Assembly: GCA_035703635.1 (NCBI GenBank)
Contig: DASSXV010000025.1
Coordinates: 31,970-95,969 of the forward strand
Length of the DNA stretch: 64,000 nt
Origin: Trueperaceae bacterium
GTDB lineage: Bacteria; Deinococcota; Deinococci; Deinococcales; Trueperaceae
Direction of reading: 5' to 3'
Made by a program: the position numbers and the translations under genes. Of this stretch, positions 39,352-49,711 are shown in pieces. Positions within the stretch are counted from its first letter, which is position 1. Each line of letters opens with the position of its first letter. The notes under the pieces were generated by a model. The model was given only the letters and a program-made list of their open reading frames with translations. It was not told where the DNA came from and searched no databases.

Positions 39352-39654
39352 GTGAGGGCAGACCGGCTCGAGCAGGTGTTCATCACGCAGAGGGGCGGCA
39401 GGTTGGAGCTGCTGCTGGTGCTCGAGTCGGAGGCGGGGGCAAGGGAGCGCGTAACCCTCGTCAGCCCAACGCCAGGGGTGAGCAGCGCCGCCGAGTTGGC
39501 TGCGGCCAGGTTCGTGGCGCGCTGGCTGTGGCAGCAAGGCTGTGTGCTGGCGCGCCTCGTGCGCGTAAGGCGCCACCGCGGAGGCAACCTGGAGGACGCC
39601 GCAGAGGTGCGTGACGAACTACTGCGCGAACTCGAGCGCCTGAGGCGAGAGTGA
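39352..39654 (+). CDS. Hypothetical protein, 100 aa
   Basis: Fills the gap between lysC and the NUDIX gene; its stop overlaps the next start (GTGA). Confidence 0.6.
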   Translation: MRADRLEQVFITQRGGRLELLLVLESEAGARERVTLVSPTPGVSSAAELAAARFVARWLWQQGCVLARLVRVRRHRGGNLEDAAEVRDELLRELERLRRE

Positions 39655-40124
39655 CGCGACCCGCGCCACGGTTGACGACCCTCGCGTACGTGCGGCGCGG
39701 CGACGAGACGCTGATGCTGCGCCGCGGTCCACTTCACGATCCGCGCAAGGGCATGTGGAACGGCCTAGGCGGCAAGTTCGAAGCCGGTGAGTCGCCTGAA
39801 GAATGTCTGCGCCGCGAGGTCGCGGAGGAAGCTGGCATCGAGGTGCTTGCCGCCGACCTCAAGGGCGTCATCACGTTCCCTGACTTCGACGGTGACACCG
39901 ACGTCTACGTGTTCGTGTTCGTTGTGACTAGCTTCCGCGGCCAACCGCGCTCGTCCAAGGAGGGCGACCTCTTCTGGGTGAAGACGGACCGCCTGCAAGA
40001 GCTGCAGCTCTGGGAAGGCGACAGGCACTTCCTGCCGTGGCTGAGCGCGGCTGGCTACTTCTCAGCGCGCTTCTCGTACCTCGACGGGCGCTACGTGGGT
40101 CACGAGGTCGTGCACTACCCGTGA
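39651..40124 (+). CDS. NUDIX hydrolase (8-oxo-dGTP diphosphatase-like)
   Basis: GGKFEAGESPEECLRREVAEEAG Nudix box; WEGDR motif. Confidence 0.88.
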   Translation: MTRPAPRLTTLAYVRRGDETLMLRRGPLHDPRKGMWNGLGGKFEAGESPEECLRREVAEEAGIEVLAADLKGVITFPDFDGDTDVYVFVFVVTSFRGQPRSSKEGDLFWVKTDRLQELQLWEGDRHFLPWLSAAGYFSARFSYLDGRYVGHEVVHYP

Positions 40125-40147
40125 CCTACGGTCACGGCGACTCCCGA

Positions 40148-40555
40148 TCAGCGACCGCCGCTACTGCTGCCGCCTTCAGGACCACCACCGTCGTTGGCGC
40201 CCGCGCCAGCATCGCCGCTCGCTTCGATGGCGGCGCGCGCTTCAGCTAGCTTCCTGCGGTCGACCATGCCGATCAGACGCTGCGCCAGGCCAACGTCGCC
40301 GCGGACCTTGAGGCGCCCCGCGACGACGGCCAGCATGGGGTTGAGCTTGCCGTCGAAGAGCAAGACGAGGTCGTCGTCGCTGACCCTGACGGTGACGTCC
40401 GGGCCAGCAGCAGTGCCCTCGTGGGCGCTAACCACGCCGTTCTCGATGACGTGATAGACGGGCTCCGAGATGTCGTACTGCACTACCGAACGGGGAGCGG
40501 CCGGGTCCACCTGCACCGCCTGCGGCACCTTCAGTAACAGCTCTTTCGCGTTCAT
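40148..40555 (-). CDS. SCP2 sterol/lipid-binding domain protein
   Basis: GKLNPMLAVVAGRLKVRGD motif. Confidence 0.8.
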   Translation of the reverse strand: MNAKELLLKVPQAVQVDPAAPRSVVQYDISEPVYHVIENGVVSAHEGTAAGPDVTVRVSDDDLVLLFDGKLNPMLAVVAGRLKVRGDVGLAQRLIGMVDRRKLAEARAAIEASGDAGAGANDGGGPEGGSSSGGR

Positions 40556-40636
40556 GTACTCAATGTAGCAGCCGGAAGTGAGCCGACCGCCACCGGTATA
40601 CTCATTGAGGCAGAAGCGCCGTAGGAGTCGAACAGC

Positions 40637-41788
40637 GTGGATTTCTCGCTACCTGAAGAGCTGATCAGCATGCAACGCGCAGTCCGCGAGTTCGCGCGTA
40701 ACGAAGTTGGCGCCGTAGCAGCCCAACTCGACCGCGAACCGCGCTTCCCGTGGGAGACGCTGCGCAAGATGGGCGACCTCGGCCTGCTAGGCATGCTTAC
40801 GCCAGCCGACTACGGCGGCGCCGGCCTCGGGCACCTCGAGTACGCCGTTCTCCTCGAGGAGATCGCGGCCGTCGACGCGTCCCACGCCACGATCATGAGC
40901 GTCACGAACGGCCTCCCGCAGTCGCTACTGCTCAAGCACGGCAGCGACGAGCAGAAGGAGCGGTACTTGCCGCGCTTGGCGGGCGGCGAGTGGATCGGCG
41001 CGTTCTGCCTCTCGGAACCGAACAGTGGGTCTGACGCCGTTGCCCTCGAGACGAAGGCAGTGGCAACCGCAGGCGGTTACATCCTCAACGGCACCAAGGC
41101 CTGGATCACTTCTGGCGGTGAGGCGCAGCTTTACCTCGTGCTAGCCAAGACGGAGCCGGCCGCAGGTGCGCGCGGCGTCACGTGTTTTCTCGTCGAGAAG
41201 GGTACGCCCGGCCTCAGCTTCGGGCTACCAGAGGAGAAGCTCGGCCAGCACGCCGCGTTAACGACCAGCGTCATGCTCGAGGACTGCTTCGTGCCAGAAG
41301 ACGCCGTGCTCGGCAACCTCGGGCAGGGGTTCGTCATCGCCATGAGCGGACTTGACGGTGGTCGCATCGGCATCGCTGCCTTGGCGGTTGGCATCGCAAG
41401 GGCCGCTTACGAGGCCGCCCGCGACTACGCGGCACAGCGCACCGCGTTCGGTAAGGCCATTCATGAGCATCAGGCGATCGGCTTCAAGCTCGCTGACATG
41501 CTCGTCGGCATCGAGGCGGCGCGCCTCCTCACTCACCGCGCTGCCTGGTTGAAGGACAAGGGGCAGCGCACGACGCGCGAGGCGGCCATGGCTAAGCTGG
41601 TGGCTTCCGAGACGGCCAACCGCGTCACCCATGCGGCCGTTCAAGTGTTCGGGGCGTACGGCTACACGAAGGAGTACCCGGTCGAGCGTTACTTCCGCGA
41701 CGCTCGCGTGACCGAGATCTACGAGGGGACGAGCGAGATCCAACGCATGGTGATCCACCGCCAGATCTACCGCGATTTGGAGCGCTGA
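40637..41788 (+). CDS. Acyl-CoA dehydrogenase
   Basis: LSEPNSGSD, GTKAWIT and IYEGTSEIQR motifs. Confidence 0.93.
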   Translation: MDFSLPEELISMQRAVREFARNEVGAVAAQLDREPRFPWETLRKMGDLGLLGMLTPADYGGAGLGHLEYAVLLEEIAAVDASHATIMSVTNGLPQSLLLKHGSDEQKERYLPRLAGGEWIGAFCLSEPNSGSDAVALETKAVATAGGYILNGTKAWITSGGEAQLYLVLAKTEPAAGARGVTCFLVEKGTPGLSFGLPEEKLGQHAALTTSVMLEDCFVPEDAVLGNLGQGFVIAMSGLDGGRIGIAALAVGIARAAYEAARDYAAQRTAFGKAIHEHQAIGFKLADMLVGIEAARLLTHRAAWLKDKGQRTTREAAMAKLVASETANRVTHAAVQVFGAYGYTKEYPVERYFRDARVTEIYEGTSEIQRMVIHRQIYRDLER

Positions 41789-41807
41789 ACCCCGTTAGGA
41801 GCGAACC

Positions 41808-42947
41808 GTGATCGGCTTCGACCTGAGCGCAGAACAGAAGCAGTTCCAGAGACTGGCGCGCGACTTCGTGCGTGACGCGATCATCCCGGTCGCGAGCCAG
41901 CACGACCGCGACGCTTCGTTCCCTACGGAGGTCCTGCAAGGCGCGCACGATGTCGGCCTCCTCAACGTCGGGGTGCCAACCGCGGCTGGCGGGCTCGGGT
42001 TGAGCCTGCTCGACGAGGCCATCTTGGGCGAAGAGTTCGGCTACGGCTGCATGGGCATCTATACGATCCTGATGGCGTCCGAGCTTGGCATGACCCCGCT
42101 CCTGCTGGCAGGCACGCCGGAACAGCACGAGCGCTTCCTCAGGCCGTTAACGACGGGACCGCGCCTCGCCGCCTTCGCGCTCTCCGAGCCCAACAACGGC
42201 TCCGACGCGGCCGGCTTGGCCACGAGGGCGGAGTTCGACGGCGACGACATCGTCATCACCGGCACCAAGACGTGGATCTCTAACGGCGGCAACGCCGACT
42301 TCAACGTCGTGTTCGCCTCCTTCGACCCGAGCCTCAAGCACAGGGGCACGGTCGCGGTGGTCGTCGAGACGAACAGGCCAGGTTTCCACGCCAACCAACT
42401 GCATGGGAAACTCGGGCAGCGCGCCAGCCCGACTTACGAGCTCGTGTTCGACGGCGTGCGCGTCCCGCGCGCGAACCTCCTAGGCGAAGTCGGCGAAGGC
42501 TTCAAGATCGCCATGCGCACCCTCGACCGCACGCGCGTGCCTGTGGCCGCCGGATCGGTTGGGGTCCTGCGCCGCGCTCTCGACGAGTCGCGGGCCTACG
42601 CGCTCGAACGCGAGGCGTTCGGTAGCAAGATCGCGCAGTTCCAAGCCATCCAGTTCAAACTCGCTGACATGAAGATCGCCCTCGAGACGGCGCGGTGGCA
42701 GACCTACCACGCAGCTTGGTTGGCGGATAACGGCCGCCCACACGCGGAGGCCGCCGCGATCGCCAAAGCGTACGCCTCGGACCGCGCGTTCGCGGGCGCG
42801 CAGGAAGCCATCAACATCTTCGGCGGGTACGGCTACATGAGCGAGTACCCGGTGGAGAAGCTCATGCGGGACGTGAAACTCAACCAGATCTACGAGGGAA
42901 CCAACGAGATCCAGCGCTTGGTGATAGCACGCCACGTCCTACAATGA
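41808..42947 (+). CDS. Acyl-CoA dehydrogenase
   Basis: LSEPNNGSD, GTKTWIS and IYEGTNEIQR motifs. Confidence 0.93.
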   Translation: MIGFDLSAEQKQFQRLARDFVRDAIIPVASQHDRDASFPTEVLQGAHDVGLLNVGVPTAAGGLGLSLLDEAILGEEFGYGCMGIYTILMASELGMTPLLLAGTPEQHERFLRPLTTGPRLAAFALSEPNNGSDAAGLATRAEFDGDDIVITGTKTWISNGGNADFNVVFASFDPSLKHRGTVAVVVETNRPGFHANQLHGKLGQRASPTYELVFDGVRVPRANLLGEVGEGFKIAMRTLDRTRVPVAAGSVGVLRRALDESRAYALEREAFGSKIAQFQAIQFKLADMKIALETARWQTYHAAWLADNGRPHAEAAAIAKAYASDRAFAGAQEAINIFGGYGYMSEYPVEKLMRDVKLNQIYEGTNEIQRLVIARHVLQ

Positions 42948-43023
42948 CGGCGATGCGCGTAGCGCCGTTACTTTCCACAGCAAGCTTCAGCGCCAGCTAC
43001 AGGCGCTCATGGAGGTTCGAGCA

Positions 43024-43779
43024 GTGAAGGCAGTAACCATCATCAAGCAGGTTCCAGACGCAGAGGCCCGCATCAGGGCCGCTGGCGGCGGAGTGAACCT
43101 CGACGGCGTCACCTTCGTCATCGACGGCATGGACGAGTACGGCGTCGAAGAGGCGATCCGCCTCCGCGAGGGCGGACTAGACCTCGAGATCGTTGCAGTG
43201 GCCCTAGGCCCGTCGCGCTTCGAGGACGCTCTGCGCACCGCCCTGGCGTTGGGCGCGGACAGGGCCGTGCACATCGAGACCGACGCCGTCCTCGACCCGA
43301 TCACACAAGCGCACGCGCTGGCTAAGTTCGTGGCGGCCGAGGGCGCGGACATGGTGTTCGTCGGCGGCAAACAGGCGGACTGGGACAGCGCGGCGCTCGG
43401 GCCAGCGCTGGCAGAAGTACTCGGCTGGCCGCACTCCGACTGGACGACGGCCTTGGCCATCGGCGGCGGCCAGGCTACCGTCACCCACGACACGGACGAC
43501 GGCCACGAGGAGCTGACGCTGCCCCTACCCGCCGTGTTCACGACGCAACAGGGCCTCAACGAACCGCGTTACCCGACGCTCCCGAACATCATGAAGGCCA
43601 AGCGCAAGGAACTCGCGAAGAAGGACCTCAGCGAGTTTGGCGGCGGCGGCGCCCTGACCGAAGTGGTGGCGCAAGAGATCCAGACGCGCGACCGCCTTGG
43701 CAAGGTCGTCGCCGGCGACCCAGCCACGGCGGCGAAGGAACTCGTCCGCCTGCTGCGCGACGAAGCCAAGGTCCTGTGA
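43024..43779 (+). CDS. etfB: Electron transfer flavoprotein beta subunit
   Basis: KQVPD, ALALGAD, GKQAD and NEPRYP motifs; RBS GGAGG plus GTG. Confidence 0.92.
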   Translation: MKAVTIIKQVPDAEARIRAAGGGVNLDGVTFVIDGMDEYGVEEAIRLREGGLDLEIVAVALGPSRFEDALRTALALGADRAVHIETDAVLDPITQAHALAKFVAAEGADMVFVGGKQADWDSAALGPALAEVLGWPHSDWTTALAIGGGQATVTHDTDDGHEELTLPLPAVFTTQQGLNEPRYPTLPNIMKAKRKELAKKDLSEFGGGGALTEVVAQEIQTRDRLGKVVAGDPATAAKELVRLLRDEAKVL

Positions 43780-43797
43780 CAGGTGGAGGAGACTAGC

Positions 43798-44754
43798 GTG
43801 ACCCTAGTAGTAACCACGTCAGCGAGCGCGCGCCTACAGCGCAGCGCCCTTGAACTGCTCAGCGTAGCGCGCCAACTGACCGCCGCTGAGCCCTACGTTG
43901 CTGTTATCGGACCCCGCGAGGCCGCTGACGCCATGGCCGCTTACGCCGCCGACGTGCGGCACGTTGAGTTGCCGCAGCCGCTCACGGCGGAGGCCGTCAC
44001 GAGCGCCGTTACTCAGCTCGCGCAGGAACTCGGCGCGACGACCGTGCTCTTCTCGGCCAACCGCCTAGGGCAGAGCGTTGCTCCGCGCGTGGCAGTTAGG
44101 CTCGGCGCGGCGCTGCTGGAGGACGTCACGGCCGTCGACGCCGTCGGCGACCAGCTGCAAGCCAGGCGCCTCAGCTACCTGTCGCGCGTGACAGAGACCG
44201 TCAGGACGGCGGCGGGCGTCAAGGTGCGTGTCGTGAGCGTCAAACCGAACATCTTCAAGCCAGCCGAAGCTGGCGCGCACGGCAGCGTTACCGAGTTCGC
44301 TCCCACCCTGGCGGCCGCGGACGCACGGGTCAAGGTCGGCCAGCGCTCCGCCGCCAGCGCGGGACGCGTGCCGCTCGAGGAAGCGAAAGTCGTGGTTGCC
44401 GGCGGGCGCGGGCTTGGCAGCGCGGAGGCGTTCACGCGCGAGGTCGAGTCGCTAGCTGACGCGCTGCACGCTGGCGTGGCCGCCACGCGCGCAGTAGTCG
44501 ACGCCGGCTGGCGCCCGTACGACGAGCAAGTCGGCCAGACGGGCAAGAGCGTTAGCCCCAACCTCTACATCGCCCTCGGCATCTCGGGCGCCGTGCAGCA
44601 CCTCTCCGGCATGAACCGCTCGAAGGTGATCGTGGCCGTCAACAAGGACGCAGAAGCGCCCATCTTCAAGGTCGCGGACTACGGCATCGTCGGCGACGTC
44701 GCGGCGGTGGCTCCTGCCCTGCGCGAGGCGGTGACGGAGCTCTTGGGCTCATGA
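43798..44754 (+). CDS. etfA: Electron transfer flavoprotein alpha subunit
   Basis: [19 protein letters not shown] and APIF..ADYG motifs. Confidence 0.93.
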   Translation: MTLVVTTSASARLQRSALELLSVARQLTAAEPYVAVIGPREAADAMAAYAADVRHVELPQPLTAEAVTSAVTQLAQELGATTVLFSANRLGQSVAPRVAVRLGAALLEDVTAVDAVGDQLQARRLSYLSRVTETVRTAAGVKVRVVSVKPNIFKPAEAGAHGSVTEFAPTLAAADARVKVGQRSAASAGRVPLEEAKVVVAGGRGLGSAEAFTREVESLADALHAGVAATRAVVDAGWRPYDEQVGQTGKSVSPNLYIALGISGAVQHLSGMNRSKVIVAVNKDAEAPIFKVADYGIVGDVAAVAPALREAVTELLGS

Positions 44755-45893
44755 AGGTTGCGGGGACGACCAGCGGCGGTGGAGTAACCGTCAGGCGCGC
44801 GGAACGCAGCGATATCGAGGCGTTGCTCGAGTTGGAGATGGGCTTCCCAGGCGACCGCATGTCGCGCTCTTCGCTGGTGCGCCTGCTTGGGAGAGACAGC
44901 GCTGACGTGTGGGTGGCGGAGGCGGACGGCAAGGTCATGGGCGACGCCATCGTGCTCTTCCGCCGCGGGTTCGAGTCCGCCAGGCTCTACTCGATGGTCG
45001 TCAACCCCGCCTACCGCGGGCGCGGCATCGCCCGGCGCTTGCTCGAGGCTGCTGAGGAGGGCGCACGCGAACGCGGCGCCATCGTCATGCGCCTCGAGGT
45101 GCGCGAGGACAACGCCGCCGCCATCTCGCTCTACCAAGCGGCGGGTTACGCGCTGCGCGGGCGCACCGCCGACTACTACGAGGATCACTCGAGCGCGCTG
45201 CGCATGCACAAGCGCTTCGTTGCCGGCGGCGCCACCGTGCTCGGAGTGCCCTACTACCCGCAGACGCTCGACTTCACCTGCGGTCCCGCCGCCCTCATGA
45301 TGGCCATGCGCTACCACGACTACCCGGTGCCGCTCGAGCGTTGGCTCGAACTGGCGCTATGGCGCGAGGCCACCACGGTGTTCATGCTCTCGGGCCACGG
45401 CGGCTGCAGCGCGCACGGGCTGGCGGTCGCGGCGTTGCGGCGCGGCTTCCAGGCCGTCGTCGTGTCGCCCGACTCCGGCGTGCCGTTCCTAGACAGCGTG
45501 CGTGGGGAGAAGAAGGAGGTCGTGCGCATCTCGCACACGACCTTCGAACGCGAACTGCGTGGGCTTGGCGGCAAGGTCGAACTGCGCGATTTCGGGCACC
45601 AAGACGTGGCTGATGCCATCGCGCGCGGCGCCGTGCCGCTCGTGCTGCTCTCCGGCTACCGTTTGTACGACGAGCGCGTACCGCACTGGGTGGTCATCAC
45701 CGGTTACGACGACGACCACCTCTACCTCCACGACCCGCTCGTGCCGGAAGGCACCAGCCGGGCGGACGCCGTTCACCTGCCCATCAAGCGCGATTTCTTC
45801 GACCAAGTGAGCCGCTGGGGCCGCGCCAGGCACCGAGCGATGGTCGTGCTCGAGCGTTGGGGCTCGGTCAAGCACCTCCGGCAAGGTAGCTGA
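44751..45893 (+). CDS. GNAT acetyltransferase fused to peptidase C39-like (DUF3335-type) domain
   Basis: RGRGIA, LEVREDN..AI.LY (RimI-like GNAT); YYPQTLDFTCGPA, ATTVFMLSGHGGC, PHWV and LHDP (Cys-His-Asp triad). Confidence 0.82.
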   Translation: MKVAGTTSGGGVTVRRAERSDIEALLELEMGFPGDRMSRSSLVRLLGRDSADVWVAEADGKVMGDAIVLFRRGFESARLYSMVVNPAYRGRGIARRLLEAAEEGARERGAIVMRLEVREDNAAAISLYQAAGYALRGRTADYYEDHSSALRMHKRFVAGGATVLGVPYYPQTLDFTCGPAALMMAMRYHDYPVPLERWLELALWREATTVFMLSGHGGCSAHGLAVAALRRGFQAVVVSPDSGVPFLDSVRGEKKEVVRISHTTFERELRGLGGKVELRDFGHQDVADAIARGAVPLVLLSGYRLYDERVPHWVVITGYDDDHLYLHDPLVPEGTSRADAVHLPIKRDFFDQVSRWGRARHRAMVVLERWGSVKHLRQGS

Positions 45894-46743
45894 CGATCTC
45901 GCTGTAGATCTCGGGATTCTTCTGGTCCTCGTCACCGGCCTGGATGGTCGGGTTGTCGTTGACCTCGATCACGTAGAACTCGCCACCTATCTCCTTGAGG
46001 TCGACGCCGAAGAGGCTCGTGCCGATGGCGTTCGCGGCGGCCAGCGCAGTGGCGATGAGCTTGGGGTTGGCCTCGTCGCGGTGCGTCGCGACGGTTTTGG
46101 CCCATTCACCGCCCTCGGATCTGTCCATCAACTTCCACTGGGCGGGCGCGAAGGCATACTTGACGACGGCGAGGACCTTGCCGTCCAGCGTGATGACGCG
46201 CCAGTCGAAGTCGCTAGGGATGTACTGCTGCACGACGACGCGGTCGGAGCGGCGCAAGAAGCGCTTGCCTACCTTGACGAAGGCATCAGGGGTGGCCACC
46301 TTGTCCACGTAGGCGCTGAAGCTCGAGTTCGGGGCCTTCAGGACGAGCGGCGTGCCGAGTTCCTCGAAGAGCCGCGCTGCCGTCATGGCCGTCAGGTCAG
46401 CTTCCTCCAAGAAGCGCGTCTCGGGGACGAGCACGTTCTGCGCCATGAGGCGCGAGTACATGTTGACCTTGTCGCAGCAGATGAGGATGGCGCTCGAGTG
46501 GTCGAGCACGCGCTTGCCGAGGAGTTCGGCCTGTCGCGCCACCACGTACGACGCGTTGAGGGGGTCGGTGAGGGCGCGGATGAAGATGCCGTCGTAGTTC
46601 TTGAGGTACTTGAGTTCGTGCTTGAAGAGGAAGTCGAGCTCGTGACCCAACTCGAAGGCCGCAAGGCGGAAGTTCGTCAGCGCCGTGAGCTCTACGGACG
46701 AGCGGATGGTGTAACGCTCGGTGAAGATGGCTAGTCGCGCCAC
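45868..46743 (-). CDS. RimK-like ATP-grasp peptide ligase
   Basis: DGIFIRA.T, CCDK, LVLKAPNSSFS, QQYIP..FDWR, GVDLK and IEVNDNP motifs. Confidence 0.85.
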   Translation of the reverse strand: MARLAIFTERYTIRSSVELTALTNFRLAAFELGHELDFLFKHELKYLKNYDGIFIRALTDPLNASYVVARQAELLGKRVLDHSSAILICCDKVNMYSRLMAQNVLVPETRFLEEADLTAMTAARLFEELGTPLVLKAPNSSFSAYVDKVATPDAFVKVGKRFLRRSDRVVVQQYIPSDFDWRVITLDGKVLAVVKYAFAPAQWKLMDRSEGGEWAKTVATHRDEANPKLIATALAAANAIGTSLFGVDLKEIGGEFYVIEVNDNPTIQAGDEDQKNPEIYSEIVSYLAGGA

Positions 46744-47369
46744 GTCCCCATCCCTTCTAGTACTGCGCGTTCGGCGTCGTCCAGCTCTTTGAACGGCAGC
46801 GGCTCGATGGCGGAGAGCTGGTACTCCTGAGGCGTGACGATCACGCGCACGCGCATGAGCGGCAGCCTGAACACTTCGAAGATCTTGGCGCCGAAGGCTA
46901 GGTACTCTGGCACGCTAGTGGTGCCAAGCACGAGCCGCAGCACGTCGACGCGGTGATCCTCAGGTAGGCGCTGGACGAGCACGGCGTACTTGCCCGTGTA
47001 GGTCAGCCCCTTGCGCCGCGACTCGATGGCGGCCGCGTCGAGGAGCAACTCGCCGCGCAGGCTGAATGGGTTGATGGGGTAGGCCATCATCGGCGCGGGC
47101 GGGAAGCGGTCAGTGATGACCTCGTAGTCTGGCACGGGGATGCCAGCCAGGTGCGCCTTCTCCATGGCGATGGCGACGACGTAAGCGTCGAGCGCCTCCG
47201 CGGTGGACGGCAGGATGACCTTACCTGCCAGCTCCGAATCGAGCGACGCGTAATAGCCGCGCGTCAGGTAGGTGTAGTCGCCTGCCACGTTAGCCAGCTC
47301 GGCCCTAACTGCGCTGGTCGGTTGGCCGAAGCGTTGTCGGTCGAGGGTCATGAACGGCTTGTAGGACAT
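46731..47369 (-). CDS. RimK-like ATP-grasp N-terminal (RLAN-type) domain protein
   Basis: NVAGDYTYLTRGYYASLDSELAG..ILPS motif, followed by degenerate ATP-grasp-like segments (GIPVP, VQRLP). Confidence 0.72.
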   Translation of the reverse strand: MSYKPFMTLDRQRFGQPTSAVRAELANVAGDYTYLTRGYYASLDSELAGKVILPSTAEALDAYVVAIAMEKAHLAGIPVPDYEVITDRFPPAPMMAYPINPFSLRGELLLDAAAIESRRKGLTYTGKYAVLVQRLPEDHRVDVLRLVLGTTSVPEYLAFGAKIFEVFRLPLMRVRVIVTPQEYQLSAIEPLPFKELDDAERAVLEGMGTWRD

Positions 47370-47371
47370 GG

Positions 47372-48559
47372 CTAGCGCACTCCCAGGGCAGCCACGCCAG
47401 GTAGCGTGCGCCCTTCGAGGAACTCTAGCGCTGCTCCGCCGCCGGTGGAGACGTGCGAGATGCGGTCGAGCACGCCAGCGGCGTTGAGCGCAGCGATCGA
47501 GTCGCCACCGCCAACGACCGTGAAGGCGTCAAGCGCCGCGACGGAGGTGGCCACCGCGCGCGTGCCGGCGTCGAACGGCGGCGTCTCGAAAACCCCGAGG
47601 GGGCCGTTCCAGAAGACGGTCTTGGCTGGGCCTAGGGCCCCGGTGAACTCCGCGACGGCTGCCTGCCCGACGTCTAGCCCCATGAGGCCGTCCGGGATGG
47701 CGCCAGACGGGTGCACCGACGTTTCCACGCCCGGTGCGATGCTGGCCGCGCAGACGGAGTCCGCGGGAAGCACGAACTGAACGCCGCGTGCGGTCGCCTG
47801 CTCCAGGATGCGTTCCGCGACGCCGAACATGTCCGGTTCGACGAGCGACTTGCCTACGGCGCCGCCTCGCGCGGCGATGAAGGTGTAGGCCATGGCGCCA
47901 CCGACGATGATGGTGTCAGCCAACTCGAGTAGGCGCTCGATGACTGCCAGCTTGTCGCTCACTTTCGCGCCGCCCAAGACCACGACGAACGGTCGCCGTG
48001 GGCTGTCAACGAGGCGAGAGAGCGCCGCCAACTCGGACTCCATCAGGAGCCCGGGCGCGTTGGGGAGCAGGTGAGCGACGGCCTCCGTGGTCGCGTGGGC
48101 GCGGTGTGCAGCACCGAAGGCGTCGTTGACGTAGATCTCGGCGTAGGAGGCGAGCACGCGCGCGAGGGCTGCGTCGTTGGCCTCCTCGCGCGGGTCGAAG
48201 CGGCTGTTCTCGAGCAGCGTGACGCTGCCGCTCGGGGCGGCAGCGACGAACGCTTGCTGCTCGGTACTAGCTGGACCGGAGGTCGGCGCGTAGCGTACTG
48301 GCCGTTCGAGCAGCTCAGCCAGACGCTCAGCTACGGGCGCTAGGCGGTACCTCTCATCCGGGCCGCCTTTCGGCCTTCCGAAGTGCGAGGTCAGCACGAG
48401 TGTTGCGCCCCTAGACAGCAGCGACTCGATGGTCGGCAGCGCCGCGCGGATGCGCGTGTCGTCGACGACCTCCCCGTTGCCGTCGAGTGGCACGTTGAAG
48501 TCGACGCGTAAGAGCACGCGCCTACCGTTCACATCAAGCTCATCGAAGTCGAGCTGCAC
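47372..48559 (-). CDS. pgk: Phosphoglycerate kinase
   Basis: RVDFNVP, SHFGRP, DAFGAAHRAH and STGGGA motifs. Confidence 0.96.
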   Translation of the reverse strand: MQLDFDELDVNGRRVLLRVDFNVPLDGNGEVVDDTRIRAALPTIESLLSRGATLVLTSHFGRPKGGPDERYRLAPVAERLAELLERPVRYAPTSGPASTEQQAFVAAAPSGSVTLLENSRFDPREEANDAALARVLASYAEIYVNDAFGAAHRAHATTEAVAHLLPNAPGLLMESELAALSRLVDSPRRPFVVVLGGAKVSDKLAVIERLLELADTIIVGGAMAYTFIAARGGAVGKSLVEPDMFGVAERILEQATARGVQFVLPADSVCAASIAPGVETSVHPSGAIPDGLMGLDVGQAAVAEFTGALGPAKTVFWNGPLGVFETPPFDAGTRAVATSVAALDAFTVVGGGDSIAALNAAGVLDRISHVSTGGGAALEFLEGRTLPGVAALGVR

Positions 48560-48569
48560 GCCTAGCTCC

Positions 48570-49643
<1,074 letters not shown>

Positions 49644-49711
49644 TCATTGTATCGCAGGGCCGGTGTTGGCCCGGCAGACCTTGGCCTCGCGTGTTATGGC
49701 CCTCCTTGCGC

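Noticed and set aside
45868-46743. LysX/ArgX assignment for the ATP-grasp, given lysJ in the window
   Set aside because: No lysW or lys cluster is adjacent. The EVNDNP motif and RLAN/C39 neighbours point to a different subfamily.
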